Positions 23,841 through 36,945 of a stretch of 64,000 nucleotides of DNA are shown here, piece by piece. The stretch spans positions 7,192,001 to 7,256,000 of the forward strand of contig NC_135259.1 in NCBI RefSeq assembly GCF_964204865.1, read 5' to 3'. How positions within the stretch are numbered: the stretch's first letter is position 1; the number at the start of each line of letters is the position of its first letter. Made by a program: the position numbers and the translations under genes. The notes under the pieces were generated by a model. The model was not told the origin of the DNA. It saw nothing but the letters and a program-made list of their open reading frames with translations, and made no database searches. Source of the stretch: Styela clava (taxonomy: Eukaryota).

Positions 23841-24984
23841 TGTACTCAAGATAATACACGAGGTACTTATTATAATGTAACAAAGTGACTTTATATGTCC
23901 ACGATCTTTGGTGGCCTCCACGAATTTTCTTTGTCCCACGGAACACGATTGCAGCAATTTCGGGACAGAGAGCTAAACTATTAAATATACGATTGATGTT
24001 TTGTATCATATTTTGACTATTAATATGTCTAACTCCACAAAATGATTTACCAAGCGGAGCTGTTGAGGTCTTATTTGTCCAAAACATGCAAATTATTAGC
24101 AATACTAAACTAGACGCCAGGCATCTATGAGACGTGGGAGACGTGGGATTGTCCTGTGTTGGTGCATATATTGAAGATTTATATCCGATGGCCCAAATAA
24201 CAGAACAGTGCATCCTGTAATTCGGAATCGCAGTTGGAAAACACACCTTGTGCGTGCCGATTCCACAATAGATACATTCTGAATAGCGTTTCATGCTGCT
24301 TTGATACTTCTTTGGATCAGGATACTTTTTCAGCTAATCCATGTTGTGAACAGTTGCTTAATCTAACTACGGCATGGGATGTTTAATTATCCGTTTTGTA
24401 CACGTGCAATATAAATGTATAAGGCTAATCACTTATATCAGCATGATGTTATATCTTTATGATATGGAAAAATCTCCCCCCTTGTTGATATTTTTAAAAA
24501 GAAACAATTGATTACATTGATAATGATTCAATATCTCAATACATTTTCAGTCTAAGTACAAATATTAAATAAAAAATAACGAACAAAATCGAAACGAAAA
24601 AATTTCATTCAAATGAAATACTGTATGCGGAAATAAAGAATGAAATCGATTTTGACGAGATAAAACACAGAAATAATTTATTGTAAAATTCGTAACATCA
24701 ATATCTCTTTATTTGATTTCCGTCTTTATAAACAAAGAAATATTTATAGTAAGGGTGACTGAACCTTTACGATTTCCAGTTTTATTAATTCCTGCAATGC
24801 ACAAACAGAATTACATTGTTATGAGTTACAACCAACTTCATGTCAATCTTAAAGTGGAAAAGTATCCCCTTGTTTGTCGAATATATTGAGAAGAAAAATT
24901 CACTAAACCCAATATAGTTTTCCTGAAATTTAAAATTGTTTTAACAAAAGCTAAGTATTAGATAATTATAACAAATTATTGAAG

Positions 24985-25260
24985 GTATCAATCCTGGTGT
25001 CATGCAGCTAGAGCACAAGTGTGCAATGTTACCGACCCGACCATATTCACACGTGGTGAACTGTCTTATATACTAATCCATAGAACAAATACAGATTTCC
25101 CCAACTATCCCCGAATGCAAGGAACGAATAATACTTGTTACTCTATATTTCGTCTGTGTGTTTAATAATGTGAGTGCAATCATTCATTTAATTGTGGATC
25201 ACGTATAGTGATGGATTCGGATTTTATTCGAAATTCAAAAACTACTAGATTTGTTCCAAA
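24985..25260 (+). pseudogene. Relic promoter plus exon-1 start of the bHLH gene (distal module B)
   Basis: Aligns to 26255..26550. CACGTG 25050 and TAATCC 25074 are kept. atggattcggattttattcgaaattcaaaa (MDSDFIRNSK) echoes [10 protein letters not shown]. Confidence 0.7.
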
Positions 25261-26254
25261 GATGCTTTATATGTTGTGACTTTCAGTAATATCAATATTT
25301 GCATGTTATGTTTCATTATTTAGGCTTCGTTATTCTTCATATTTTACATAAAACAAACATTAAACAAAAATATCTTGTTGACCCAATGACGGTATTAAAA
25401 TAGTGAGGAATTAATGGCCTTTCATCCTCTTTACATTTTTTGCAATATCTGTACAAATTCTCATTTGGGGCAAAAAAACAACTATAACAATCATGTTTTC
25501 TTTGGATATACATACTTATATCAAGTAATATAAATAATAAGATTAAGGTAAATAATATTATTTCGAGCAGAACTACGCCAGCTGCTGTATAGACAAGTAT
25601 AGAAAAATTAGTATCAAATTACAAGTACCACGCCGATAACTTCGAAGCTTTTGTAAATGCCTTTCTTATGTTGCCATGTTATGAATTGTAAAATTCCTCT
25701 GTAAAATATGAACAATAATAACGAAAATCACATTTTTAAACATACAACCTAAAGCAGGAAATCAAACAAAGTAGTATTGATGTCAAATTATACTTGGACA
25801 AATTATGATTCGCAAAATATAGATTTTGTCGTTTTTAAAAATCGATTATATATATCTGTCTTTCCGGATTTAACTGTTTACCTGCGAGCAAGTGTTTTCG
25901 TCTTTGATTTGTATTATTTTAGTTAAATCAGAATATTTTTATTTCAATGCTGTTTATCAAATATGTCGTCACGTGGTCATTTGACTAATGTTTGTGCGGG
26001 AACAAATTGTAGGTATTGCTAAAATTCCTGCATATTTTTATGATGACTATCATTCATGTCTTTACATTAAGACATAGAAAGTTTAAAACTCCTTTTTTCT
26101 AAGAAGATTGTAGTCGCGTACATTGTGAAGATTATGTATGTATCTGATTGTAAAAATTACTAATGCAAGATTATGATTTTCAACGTTTTTTATGCCAACG
26201 AGTAATTATGGGTCTATAATGAATCAAATGTATGCATAGTATTATAAATGAATC

Positions 26255-26475
26255 GAGGTATCAATTTTGGTGTCACGCCGTGCGTACGCGTGGACACTGA
26301 CTACACAACAACAATTACACGTGCTAAACTGTCAGATACACACTAATCCATGGAACAAATACAGATTTCCCTGACTATCCCGACATGCATGAAACGGATG
26401 ATATTTAATGTCATCTGGGACTGTCGTGTGTTTGCAATATATAAAGGGGTTTACTGGAAATAAGACATCAGTTAC
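26255..26475 (+). promoter_or_regulatory. Proximal promoter of bHLH copy B
   Basis: CACGTG 26318..26323, CTGTCA 26329..26334, TAATCC 26344..26349, TATATAAA 26438..26445 and Inr-like TCAGTT 26468..26473 at canonical TATA spacing. Confidence 0.62.
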
Positions 26476-26506
26476 CTATTCATTCAATTACGGATTACAT
26501 TTAATA

Positions 26507-28460
26507 ATGAATTCTGAAAATATTCCAGATTCACAAATACTTGAATTTGCATGTTTGCAAACCTTACATTCACCTGAGAATATTTTCATTGGGGAAGATG
26601 ATCAACAGATTTCTGTGTTGCCAGAACATTTTTCTGACTACACAGAAGTAATATCAGTCACTCAAGAGCAAGAATCTGAGGCAATATCTTTCGTATACAA
26701 TGATGATGTCTTTGTCGATGGATGTGGACCAAAAGCAATACACGTGGAGAATGAATACATCAAAGATTCAGACTCTTCACAATTGACGGTTTTGCAATCA
26801 TTGAACAAACAGTTACTCTGTAGCAGTAATGAATCATTTCAGGTATGTTCTGATTTATGTTAAGTTACAGCTATTTTTGAAAAAAGATATTAGATTGAAT
26901 TTATTAGAAAATAGAACATTCTAATGATCTTGTTTATACATGTTCATGTTATTTCATTGCAGCTGGGGTTGCCTACAACTGAAGAGTATTTAGTTGATAA
27001 CAAGGAAGATGATGGGAGAATCGAAGCTTCTCGCGGTAGGCCTTCATAATGAATAACTGACAATCGTTGTTGTTTGGGTTTTAATCTTGTCCTGTAAAAA
27101 AATATGGTTATTGAAAATACTTCGTCCTTATCATTTTTCCTATATTTAAAAAAAATTTAACTAAATTTGAAATTTACTTTTCTAGAAGCAGATGCAAATG
27201 GGGAAATAATTTACCAACTTGGTGAGGAATTCTTGTCATCAATATCAGATGAATCGTATCTTCAAACACTTGATAAAACATTAAATGAACAAGTTAGAGA
27301 AATGTGCGGACAGATACATTATCCTCATACCGATCTTGTCCCTGTTACAACTGAAAGAATTCAACCTTTTCCTGTATTACCTGCATTTCCATACGTTGCT
27401 ACTCCCTTTCAAATGAGTAAGAATAGTCAACACTATCAACACCGCGTGAAAGAACATCATGTTGACAATTTTAAACCTAAGGAACGAAAGATTAATTCAA
27501 GACAAATGCGAAGAAAGGAAAAGAGAACTTCTCCCTTGACGTAAGATTTTCTTATAGACGATAAATATTTTTACTATATATTTCGAGTAATGTCATGTGA
27601 GGGTAAAAAACGCTTTATAAATAAGATTATGATGCTTACGATAGAATACATTATGGAGTTTACCATATAGATACCTCATGTTATAATAACGCAATTGAAA
27701 TTATTCAAATTGAACATTGCTTAGTTTAAATGGAGAAACACAAGAAAGAAAATCGGCAAACAATCGAGAACGAAAAAGAATGTTCAATATCAACGAAGGA
27801 TTTGATGAATTGAGGTCTCGTGTTCCAACATTCCCATACGAGAAAAGACTATCAAAGGTAACAATTAATATTAATAAATCATTTTAATAACATTAGTAAA
27901 CAAATTTTTCTTGTAACTGATTTACTAAATTTCATTTTCTGAATCATTCGTTCACAGAAACAAATTGCATTTTGCAAGTTTGCATATCTATCATTGCATG
28001 GATATTTAGTAAATATTACCTTTCATTCATAGAGCTTCTCTTTATACTCTCATAGCAATTTTCGCTGTTCTAAAATATTTCCAGAAAGGGTAGCAAAAAA
28101 AGGTCCGGTAGTAATATTATGAAAATGTAGTTTATGGAAATCTTTTTCCAGATTGACTCATTGCGTCTTGCTATTGCATACATTGCATTCCTAAGAGATA
28201 TGTTAGAATCAGAAAAACATCCAAATCAGTTTGTGAAGGAATGTATCAACGGAAATCCGGAATATAAATCAAGAAAATGGAACATCAGTGGTAAGTAGAA
28301 ACATAAAATAGTTGATAAAAAGAAATCGACTATGTTTTTTTTTTTCAACTACCAGAAAAATTGTGAGGCATTGTAATTATTTGATATTGTCGTGTAAAAA
28401 TTTATTATACTTTTCACAGATTTAACAACGCGATTAATGTGGACTGAATGGGTCAGATGA
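26507..28460 (+). CDS. Fer2/HLH-13-like (PTF1A family) bHLH transcription factor, copy B, 358 aa, 6 exons
   Basis: join(26507..26842,26963..27035,27186..27540,27725..27857,28152..28290,28420..28460), all GT-AG and in phase. bHLH is [56 protein letters not shown], tail [17 protein letters not shown]. Confidence 0.9.
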
Positions 28461-28785
28461 ATGAATAGCTGCAAGATGATTGCTTTCTATTTTCTCGAAG
28501 TTCCATATTGTGTTAAACAAGACTGTGCATTTTCATGTTTTCAGTGATAACTGGAAGCAAACCTGTATTGAAATATCACAATTTTACAATTTACTTTTTA
28601 TTTATTTTTGTCAAATTTTTTTTATCAGCATGACTTCTTTAACCCGTCTACTTCAATACATATAGTCATTATGAACAATATTTCAGTTTTGTGATTATAG
28701 AGAAGGCGACCTAACTCTATTTCATTGCAGGATAGACGATTTTTTATCATAGGTGATTCATTTGAAAATGGACTAATTAAAAATG

Positions 28786-28866
28786 GGTACATCCGTAGTG
28801 TGTGTACCAGGTTAGGGTTAGGCTGTAATTTTAATCCGATTTCCCTTATTTTAGTTGATAGAACTT
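28786..28866 (-). mobile_element. Truncated MITE family B end, at the right boundary of inverted arm 2
   Basis: ggtacatccgtagtgtgtgtaccaggttagggttagg...ttcccttattttagtt is the reverse complement of the 3' end of 47098..47305 and 54655..54885. Confidence 0.7.
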
Positions 28867-29432
28867 TATCCAATTCCGCTTGAATTCGAGTACTAATATA
28901 CGCGTACATCGGCAATCGGGTCTACCTGGGATTGTTGGCCGAATGCTTATCAGTTAATCTACAAATTACGCAGAGGTTTTGTGATGGATATAGCAGCGGA
29001 TTAGTTTTCCAGCGCCGGATTAAAACAATATATATATATTTCTCTTCACCACCCTCCTTGTCGCTGTCTAATCATAAAAACATATGCATATTTATGTGAA
29101 ATTAAATTATTAATTTAGGGTGAAGAATTGGGCGATTGCTATTATTTGATATATACAAACTGGCGCTCACCCTATATTCCGCTTACATACAAATATGGCA
29201 AGCTAATTTGATTCATTAACTCAACTTGCAACGTGTGATTTATTCCGTATTTTGCCTACGTAACTTCTGGTTGCAGTGCGAAATGAACAAACGTTATAAT
29301 TTATTTTAGTACCTCTTTAATTCACGTACAAACAAAAATACGTAATAAAAATACGTTTAACAACTACTACACAGTAAAAACCCAAATCCGTATAAACAAA
29401 TACAAATTTATTCCAACATTTTCTTCTTGAGA

Positions 29433-30611
29433 TTATGGTGGAGACAGCTTAGCAACGATCTCCAAGGTGTAAGTTTTTATATCTCTTTGTTTTGACAATC
29501 CACCAATCGAAGTCAGATACATAGGTGTGGAACGAAAAGCATTAGCAATTGCAATGTGGATGTAAGATTTTCTATCAACTTTGACCTGTAAAATTAAAAT
29601 GAATTTGAAAGTGTCATTGGAAATAACAAAATCTCATGGCAGTTTTGCCCTTTGTAGTGAATAACTAAAAATGTACATGCATATTTAAAAATAGGGGATT
29701 TAAAAGCATTATTTAAAAGTCTCGTCAGAGTTACATTGTACTATTGGGCAAAAACTATCCTCATCCATAGCCCATCTTGATCGAGGTTGAGAATCGTCTA
29801 CCACCAGGACAACATCTTCTTTCTTGAAATTTCTCTAACCATAAATTGAATAGATTTTACTGACGAGTATGTTTGCCTATTTTTGATTTAATTACCTTGG
29901 CTATAATAATATTTTCATCTTCCACCGATAGCCTGAACGATTTTGTAGAAAATATCGAAAACGTTTCGTTCAATTCCACTTGCGATTCAGAAAGAAACTG
30001 TAATGAATAACAAGCAACAAAGAATTACTTTAAATTTAAAATTAAATAAAGATCATTTTATGAACGACGAATTGGGCTAGAAACCGGGTGTTTTGTTTAC
30101 TCAATATGAAATAAATTTACTTTCAGCAGTCTATTAACAAAATTAACCATTCTGTCCCACAGTATAAGAAAGAATAGATCGAAACAGGTTTTCCTTTGTT
30201 AAGGTCAGGATAACAATTGAGAAAGGATCTTGCTTGTGTGTATAAAGTCCAAGGTTTCCATTTCCTAAGCCCCATCAACATCTATTAGCCCCAGCTATGT
30301 ACTTCATTTTCTTATCAATAATCACCCACTCCCGTAAATCAAAACGATTGTTTTTATTTCAATTCCGATTATATAATTACTTTCTTTAACCGTTAAAAGA
30401 AAATTTCAAGTGCGGTTAACACTTTTTTTTTATATTTAGGATATGAATTTTATACTATTACACTCACCTTAGATACAATATCGTTCACTACTGATCCATT
30501 TCTGTTAACTATCGGTGAGATGGTATATCGAGCTGCAGAACTGATTGAAATCGTATGTAATAAAACGATTCCTACTAGAACAACGCACCCGAGGTATTTA
30601 GAGCAAAACAT
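29433..30611 (-). CDS. Secreted stefin/cystatin-like protein 1 (132 aa, 3 exons, no QxVxG)
   Basis: complement(join(29433..29585,29896..29997,30468..30611)): MFCSKYLGCVVLVGIVLLHTISISSAARYTISPIVNRNGSVVNDIVSK|FLSESQVELNETFSIFSTKSFRLSVEDENIIIAK|VKVDRKSYIHIAIANAFRSTPMYLTSIGGLSKQRDIKTYTLEIVAKLSPP*. Phase-0 introns, 102-nt middle exon, AATAAA just downstream. Confidence 0.8.
29750..29836 (-). mobile_element. Short BEL/Pao LTR-retrotransposon pol fragment (DUF5641-like) in an intron
   Basis: Translates RNFKKEDVVLVVDDSQPRSRWAM, matching the Pao post-integrase pattern RNLxxGDxVLxxDxxxPRxxWxLG. Confidence 0.6.
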
Positions 30612-31801
30612 CGCTACTTTTGTTCGTTCCACGTCCTGGCTGGTATGTGGTCAAGGTCACGGAGAGCTAGAATTTATTTTCATATACTTTGATAAAATTA
30701 TTTAAAGTTCACTAAGATTCCAGTGTAAATAATGCTAATTGATCGTATCTAAATAAACATTCCGAACTCTAATTCCTTCTTATCACTGAAATTCATTCAT
30801 GCGCTACCTTCTTAGACTTCGTCTTGTGGAGTCATGAGGAGGCAAATAGTTACATTTACTAGGTAATTCAAGTTAAACTACTTCTACTGTCAGTTATTCT
30901 TTCATTTCACCAATTGTCCATCTAAATAGCTCATGCCAAATTGTAAGGGTACGTGTAATAGGATTAATGGAACTCCGAAAATGTCATTGCCAAATTATAA
31001 ACATTAGAGGTTCACCTCATACATCTTCTCATGCAGCTTAACGGATCGTTCAACGTCACGAGCTATTGTTACGGCGGCTATTTGTAAGATAGTCTTGGCG
31101 TGAGTAATAATAGTATGTTGATGTGAAGAAATTGCAATGTGCAGATATAGTATGAGATAATCGCATGATAAACTTGGCTCGATGAAATCTAGGTACAAGT
31201 TTTACGTTTCAATTTAGTTATAATTCCAGGCATAAATGAATAACAGTATTAATCTTCAAGTGTTTTTAATCAAAAAAATTCACGATTTGTCTTCAGGCTT
31301 TCAGAAAATGTTTTCAAGAGCATGTACATAAGGATTGTTTTGGTATTATGTTGTTGGCATAAGTTTTTTATTGTCAGATTTAAAGTCTATTTTTCAAACT
31401 TTTAAACTATTATAGCTGCCTTAATTTTCAGCAATGTTAGCGGCCTAATAAAGTTTAGGTGATGTTTTGGAAAACGGAAATATCGTTCTATCCATTGTCG
31501 CATTCCAAACTCGTCAATACTGTATCCTATACTCAACGCTGTATATAACTCGCTATAACTTTCTCACACCACCATAATTCATAAGTATCAGAAAAATATT
31601 AATAATACTCCACTAATTACCAATACAAAAGAAAATATTTATTTTTCCATTTAATACACAAACCAACTACAACAAAAACACACTAATGTAAAAAGTACAT
31701 AATTATGAGGTTGTGAAGAAAAATGTTGTAAAGATACCGAAAAATATACAGGTTTATATTAAACCAAATATGATCTTTTGCAAAAATGACAATTGTTTTA
31801 A

Positions 31802-32913
31802 TTATTCCCGAGGTCGAAGAGTCGCAGTAACTTCTAGGATGAAATCTTTTGAACCAATATATTTGATGGAAGTAAGATAAGTAGGAGAATCGAAAGTTTC
31901 TCTGATTGCCATATTGATGTATCGTCGCCTACCAACTTGGATCTGAAAATAAAACGAGAAAATATAACGCCTTAAAGTAAACTGTATGGACTTTTGTCAA
32001 CTCAGATGAAATGGTATCACATACTAACCTACGAGTAAGTCCTAGGTATTCAGGCTTAGTTTCGGGACAATTAGAATAATATGATTGTCGAAGCGTTGTG
32101 CATATAAATATTTCAAATAATCTTAAGCTCACGACGGCTCACGACTCAAGGTTTAGTGGAACGTTCTTTCTTGCTAAATTCATTAATGATGAAGGAAATG
32201 ACATACGTATATATGAGAATAATTTTACCAATTATGATTCTAACGTTACTATTTTTTTGTATAAAATGATTCGTCAAAGTAGAAGAAATCACCTTGACTA
32301 AGATAATGTCGTAATCTTCAATTGCTCTTTGATAAGATTTAGCAACAAACATTGTCGAAAAATTGTCATTGAGGTCATCTTGCGCTTCTTTGATGAACTG
32401 AAAATAAATAAAACCAAGTCATGTTCGGTGAATATTAAAATAAAATGAATGCTTTTGGCGCCTTCATAGTATGTGCACCAAGATGGCGGACACCGGAGGT
32501 TAGAGTTAGTGCATAATTTTATTCTAATTTCCCTTATTTTAGTTATATTACAAGTTCGGGAACTAGCCAAGTGACTCCCGTAGTGTTTGTACCTGAAATT
32601 ATGGCCTAACTCTAACCTGTTGGTACACATACTGCGCTATCTTGGTGCACATACTACATGAGTACCATGCTTTTTGTTAGTCATTACCCACAGAGAACAG
32701 ATGGCATTACTGTAATAAGAACCTAATTCACGAAAGACTGGGCCTAAAATCCCAATTAAATCGAATAGTTTGCTAAAACTAGCTTACTTTTTGAACGGTC
32801 TTCTGATATCGAGCTCCATTGGTGTCTCTGAATCCAGAAATTGTGTAGGTTGTGGCAAATACTGAAGAGACAGAAAGTCCAATCACCACCAGAAGGAATG
32901 CAAAGTAGTTCAT
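31802..32913 (-). CDS. Secreted stefin/cystatin-like protein 2 (123 aa, 3 exons, no QxVxG); not in the ORF track as a whole
   Basis: complement(join(31802..31942,32293..32397,32788..32913)): MNYFAFLLVVIGLSVSSVFATTYTISGFRDTNGARYQKTVQK|FIKEAQDDLNDNFSTMFVAKSYQRAIEDYDIILVK|IQVGRRRYINMAIRETFDSPTYLTSIKYIGSKDFILEVTATLRPRE*. Clear paralog of 29433..30611; TATATAAG at 33000..32993. Confidence 0.82.
32457..32666. mobile_element. MITE related to family B in intron 1 of stefin-like gene 2
   Basis: GG...CC termini, inverted tagtatgtgcaccaagat / atcttggtgcacatacta, perfect 8-bp TSD ATGCTTTT. Confidence 0.82.
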
Positions 32914-34190
32914 CTTGTTTCTTCGTTTTTGTTTGTACTCACGATTTTGCTTGACTGAAAACTTATATATGTAATCTTGCTTTGTCGCTTTGCTTATATA
33001 CTACGAAACCATTAAAAATGTTTAATTTTCTAACAATCAGATAAATATGGCCCATTGAAAATTTACACATGAAGACTGTCATTATTCATGGCTTATACTT
33101 GTCTAACTTAGAACTTGAGTTGATAGAAAAATAAAATTTTACCATACACGTGTTAATTTCAGCGACAACACTCTACGAGTAAGTATACTAGGATATATAT
33201 TCTGAATATATGTATTCATGTTCAGTTCATACATGAATGTAGCCTAAACTAGGCTTAAATTAAAAATAAGCTTAGTCGAATATGGTTATTAATTGTAATA
33301 CTTTGACCATAAGAAGGTTGGACTTACGCTAATATTGCGAAGAGTCAATGTATATGTGTTAATTGTCTTCTAATGCATATAAAACAAATAGTGAATATTC
33401 ACATCCAGTAAATAAATCATGTGTCCTCTCGCCGCGCGCGAACGTGATATAAATCTTAACATAAATCTTCTTGTCTAGCAGCGACTTCTTTGAATTTTTA
33501 ATGACACTTGGTCGTCTTTTGTTAAATGAGTCGAGTATACAACGAACCCATACAAAACACATAATATTAATGTGGAAACCTCTGTAGAACATAGTTCCAG
33601 TAAAATACCTCAGACTGTTTAGCATTGTCAAAATTTCGGGCCGTGACTCGTAACTGAGATGTACAAAGCCGAAGCAGTGTGTAAAGGTGTACAGCGGTTT
33701 CAATATTCGAAATAGTTTAACGTGTTTGCGTTTTCAAATTATTTTGCAAATCTGTGCAATTGTCACTATTTCTTTCATTCCGAATAGTAGAGTATTTTGT
33801 ATATTGGTAAATGACCCATGTTAGGTATATCTCATAAACTGCTTGAGTACCGACAACAGTACTTACTATACGCCACCCTTGTGACGCAATTTTAGAAGAC
33901 CCAAAATAGTTCAATAGTAATTATATATATTCATTGAGGTTTACAAGTTATCGCTAGAGTGCCTATTGGTGCCATTGATTTTGAAGCAAATCACAGCCCT
34001 TATGTTAAACTTTACCCTTACGTGAATTACGGGTTTCCAATTATACGATACAATTTGGCTACATTATGGAGAAGTAAAGAGTTATGGGCACCCTAACTTC
34101 AGCAAACGTTGACGATATGTTCATATCAATAAACATAATTTAGGTTATTATTTCTTCGTATCTTGACCCCTTACTTTCAATGACATATAT

Positions 34191-34949
34191 CAGGGTGGTC
34201 CAAGGTTGCTCGGTTGAAGGGCCGCAAAAACTTTTGAGAGGGTCTCGCGGGCCGCAGTCGGAGAAAAACCCATGAGTGATCAAAATATCGCGAGTTTACT
34301 TACTTTAAATATATTAAATTAAAAAAAGAGAGTTTAGCGTTCTAATCGGCCGATTGTTATGTTACATGGGTGTTTTTTATTATTTTAAGGAAGATATATA
34401 AAGCATATAGTCATTTTAAAATTGCTTCCCGAGTAGTACCGTGGCATTTTCCGTAGCTTTTCTCGCGTTTGGTTTGGTAATGTTGCTTTAAATTATATTG
34501 TTTCGTGACAGATATTATTTTAATTATAGCACACCGTTGCGGGCAAGGAAATACGTTTCCTCTCAGTTTTCCTCTGTCACTTGTCCTTCAAGACTCCTTT
34601 TATGATGAATTGTTTTATTTGACTAATTTTATAACTTGCAGGGGCCTAGTGCTATCGTCAAAGAACAACCAAGTCAGTCTAAGTTGGGATTTCGATGCCT
34701 AGCTAAAAAAAAATGGATTGCGCCGCGCTTAGTCAGCTATGCGTTCCGTCACTGCGGTCACATGGCCCACGCTTGAAAATAGAGGAATTCATTTTCCATA
34801 TATCGATCACAGAACCTCACTCCCGTATCGGCACCCTAGATACAACATTGAAATTGGATTAGTATACGCTAAAGGTAAAATTGTTCAGTCCGCCCGGAAT
34901 GTGTTCGCGAGTCGCATGCAGACCGCGTGCCAGGGTTTGGACCACCCTG
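34191..34949. mobile_element. Non-autonomous hAT element
   Basis: Perfect 13-bp TIR CAGGGTGGTCCAA / TTGGACCACCCTG with GGGCCGCA subterminal motifs; TSD not preserved. Confidence 0.75.
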
Positions 34950-35844
34950 AGTCTTATATATATATATACGTTAACTTTTAAACCAGACCATTATTCCAAT
35001 TTTTGTTTCATTATTTTACAACCATTTTGTTCGCGTTATGCTGATTATTTGAAATTGGATTTGTTGTTCATGGCTTTCATACGACCGTGTCCATGCATCT
35101 GATTTTATTTGAACTAAGCCTCTTATTTTCAGGATGAAATTCTGTCCTATAAATAGGTTTTATTTTATTTCAAAGTCAGGAAAGTTAGAGAATTTCAAAC
35201 CACTCGCTTCAGCATTGTCCTATCATTAATGTTTCCTCAGACATATAATTTATTGTTAATATATATTCAATATGTTAAACAAGAGAGAAATTGAAAACTT
35301 TACAAATACTCACTCACTACATCAGAAAACGCACATGTGCTTAGTAAATGCAGATACAACAAAGCGCATCTCATCGTTTTATATTGAAAAGCCTATCTAT
35401 ACTCGTGTTGTGATTTTATAAGGTACATTCAGTTCATGTTTACATTTTGGTTATTTTTTCCTTGTGAATTTTGATGCAATGAGGAGTTTGAAAATAGTGT
35501 GCGTTCTATTTTCTTGCCATTTGTAAGAATGTCGATGTTGAAAATGTAGTCGCATAAAAAACGATCCTCAGGATGTAAAAAAAATTAGATTGATTCTAGA
35601 TCCGAACACCGGAAAAATCAAATTATGGTAACACAAACTTTGGCGTGTGGCGAGCCCGCATTACCATCACTGGAAGTATATATCACTTCAGTGAATTAAA
35701 TTATAAATCCTGGCGGTTTGTAAATAAGACTTGCCAAAATCTGGTTCATTTACTACTTTGTAACGCAATGAAACGCGATTTATCCATTGAGTGGTATAAA
35801 CAATATTGGGATAATATGCTTAATATTTAGAATGGGAGAGAGAG

Positions 35845-35990
35845 AAGCTGGCCATATGGTGTACCACGGCCTTTCGTCCGATTACCTGCCTAGGTTGGGT
35901 ATGGGCTAGCTAGCCTGGTGTTGTTTATTTCAGGTACATACACTTAATGGTAGGGGATGCTGTAACCGATAGGCGACCGACCTTTATTAT
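35845..35990 (-). mobile_element. Decayed 3' fragment of a tRNA-derived SINE
   Basis: The reverse complement resembles 41755..41870 (gtaaccggac...gccgt.gtac.ccat). Confidence 0.55.
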
Positions 35991-36113
35991 AATTTACTCC
36001 TCCGAATAAACTTTGAAAAAATATTTTTGAATCTAGAATATATATTTTTTAAATCCGTCTATGGGCCGAAAGATAATCTAATAGGCTGTTGCACTCATAT
36101 CGAGGCCTCTAAG

Positions 36114-36945
36114 CAAGGCTGGATTAACCATTAAGCAGTATAAGCACGTGCTTAGGGAACCAAATCTTCAATGTTACCTCAGTGTTAGATGAGGTAATTC
36201 GCGTTGGTCAGGCAACACGGATTTCAATATTGAACCGGTTGAAATAAATCTGTGCATATTATTTTTCCACAAGTATCATCTGAAACCTTCTATAAATGTT
36301 TGTAGGCATGACAAATATTTAAAAAAAAAAAAAGGCAAATTAATCATAACTTGTCCCTCAGTTAGTAGCGAAAGAATGTTTCCTCGACCATTGCCCCCTA
36401 AAAAATTCTCCCCATACTTTACTACTGCAAAAAATTATGCTTATTTTGAGAGTGTTCTGGAGAGTGGGCACTTACAATTTGGTTAACATGTTCAAAAACA
36501 TAATTTTTCATTATTTACATCAACTATTTGATCACATCTTGGGCTAGTCTGTCGCAGCGTTTGCGGGACTGATGTTTGATTATTTCAACTAAACTAAAAG
36601 CTTTTAGGAAAATGACTAATGACTATCATGTTATTTGATTTAGAACTTGTTTTTGAAAACACAATTGAAACTGACAAATAAAGTACAAAACAACGAAAAC
36701 AAACCGACGCTTACAACGGTGGTTATCAGACTGAGCGGTTGGACAAATTGGAATTGTTTCGTCATTGCTGATTGGTAATTGTTACGGAAATAAACAAAGA
36801 AATCGATTCTCGTGGAAACATTCACACTGACACTTACTTATTCAATTTCAGATAACATGGAACGTTTTTATAAATATTACTTTCCATATATATGGCACCA
36901 AAGTCGTAAGTACTTAGGTCCCATGAAAGGCACAATCCGACCCTC
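36114..36945. mobile_element. Decayed hAT-type MITE
   Basis: Termini CAAGGCTGGATT / AATCCGACCCTC with CTTAGG subterminal motifs; flanks partly match (cctctaag / gttctaat). Confidence 0.55.

Larger units (their letters stand above)
24562..28790 (+). repeat. Arm 2 of the inverted segmental duplication
   Basis: Reverse complement of 18939..23214; begins immediately after segment X' (agtctaagtaca). Confidence 0.9.

Noticed and set aside
23836-24294. 152-aa minus-strand ORF between the bHLH genes
   Set aside because: No recognisable motif, it runs out of duplicated segment X', and the X copy does not continue into similar sequence.
26408-26506. Longer N-terminus for bHLH copy B from ATG 26408
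   Set aside because: That ATG lies upstream of the TATA/Inr, and the frame is not kept in copy A, whose ORF begins at MNSENIPD.
30612-30632. MERTKVA extension of stefin-like gene 1
   Set aside because: The ORF caller started at GTG. The first ATG (30611) directly precedes the signal peptide.
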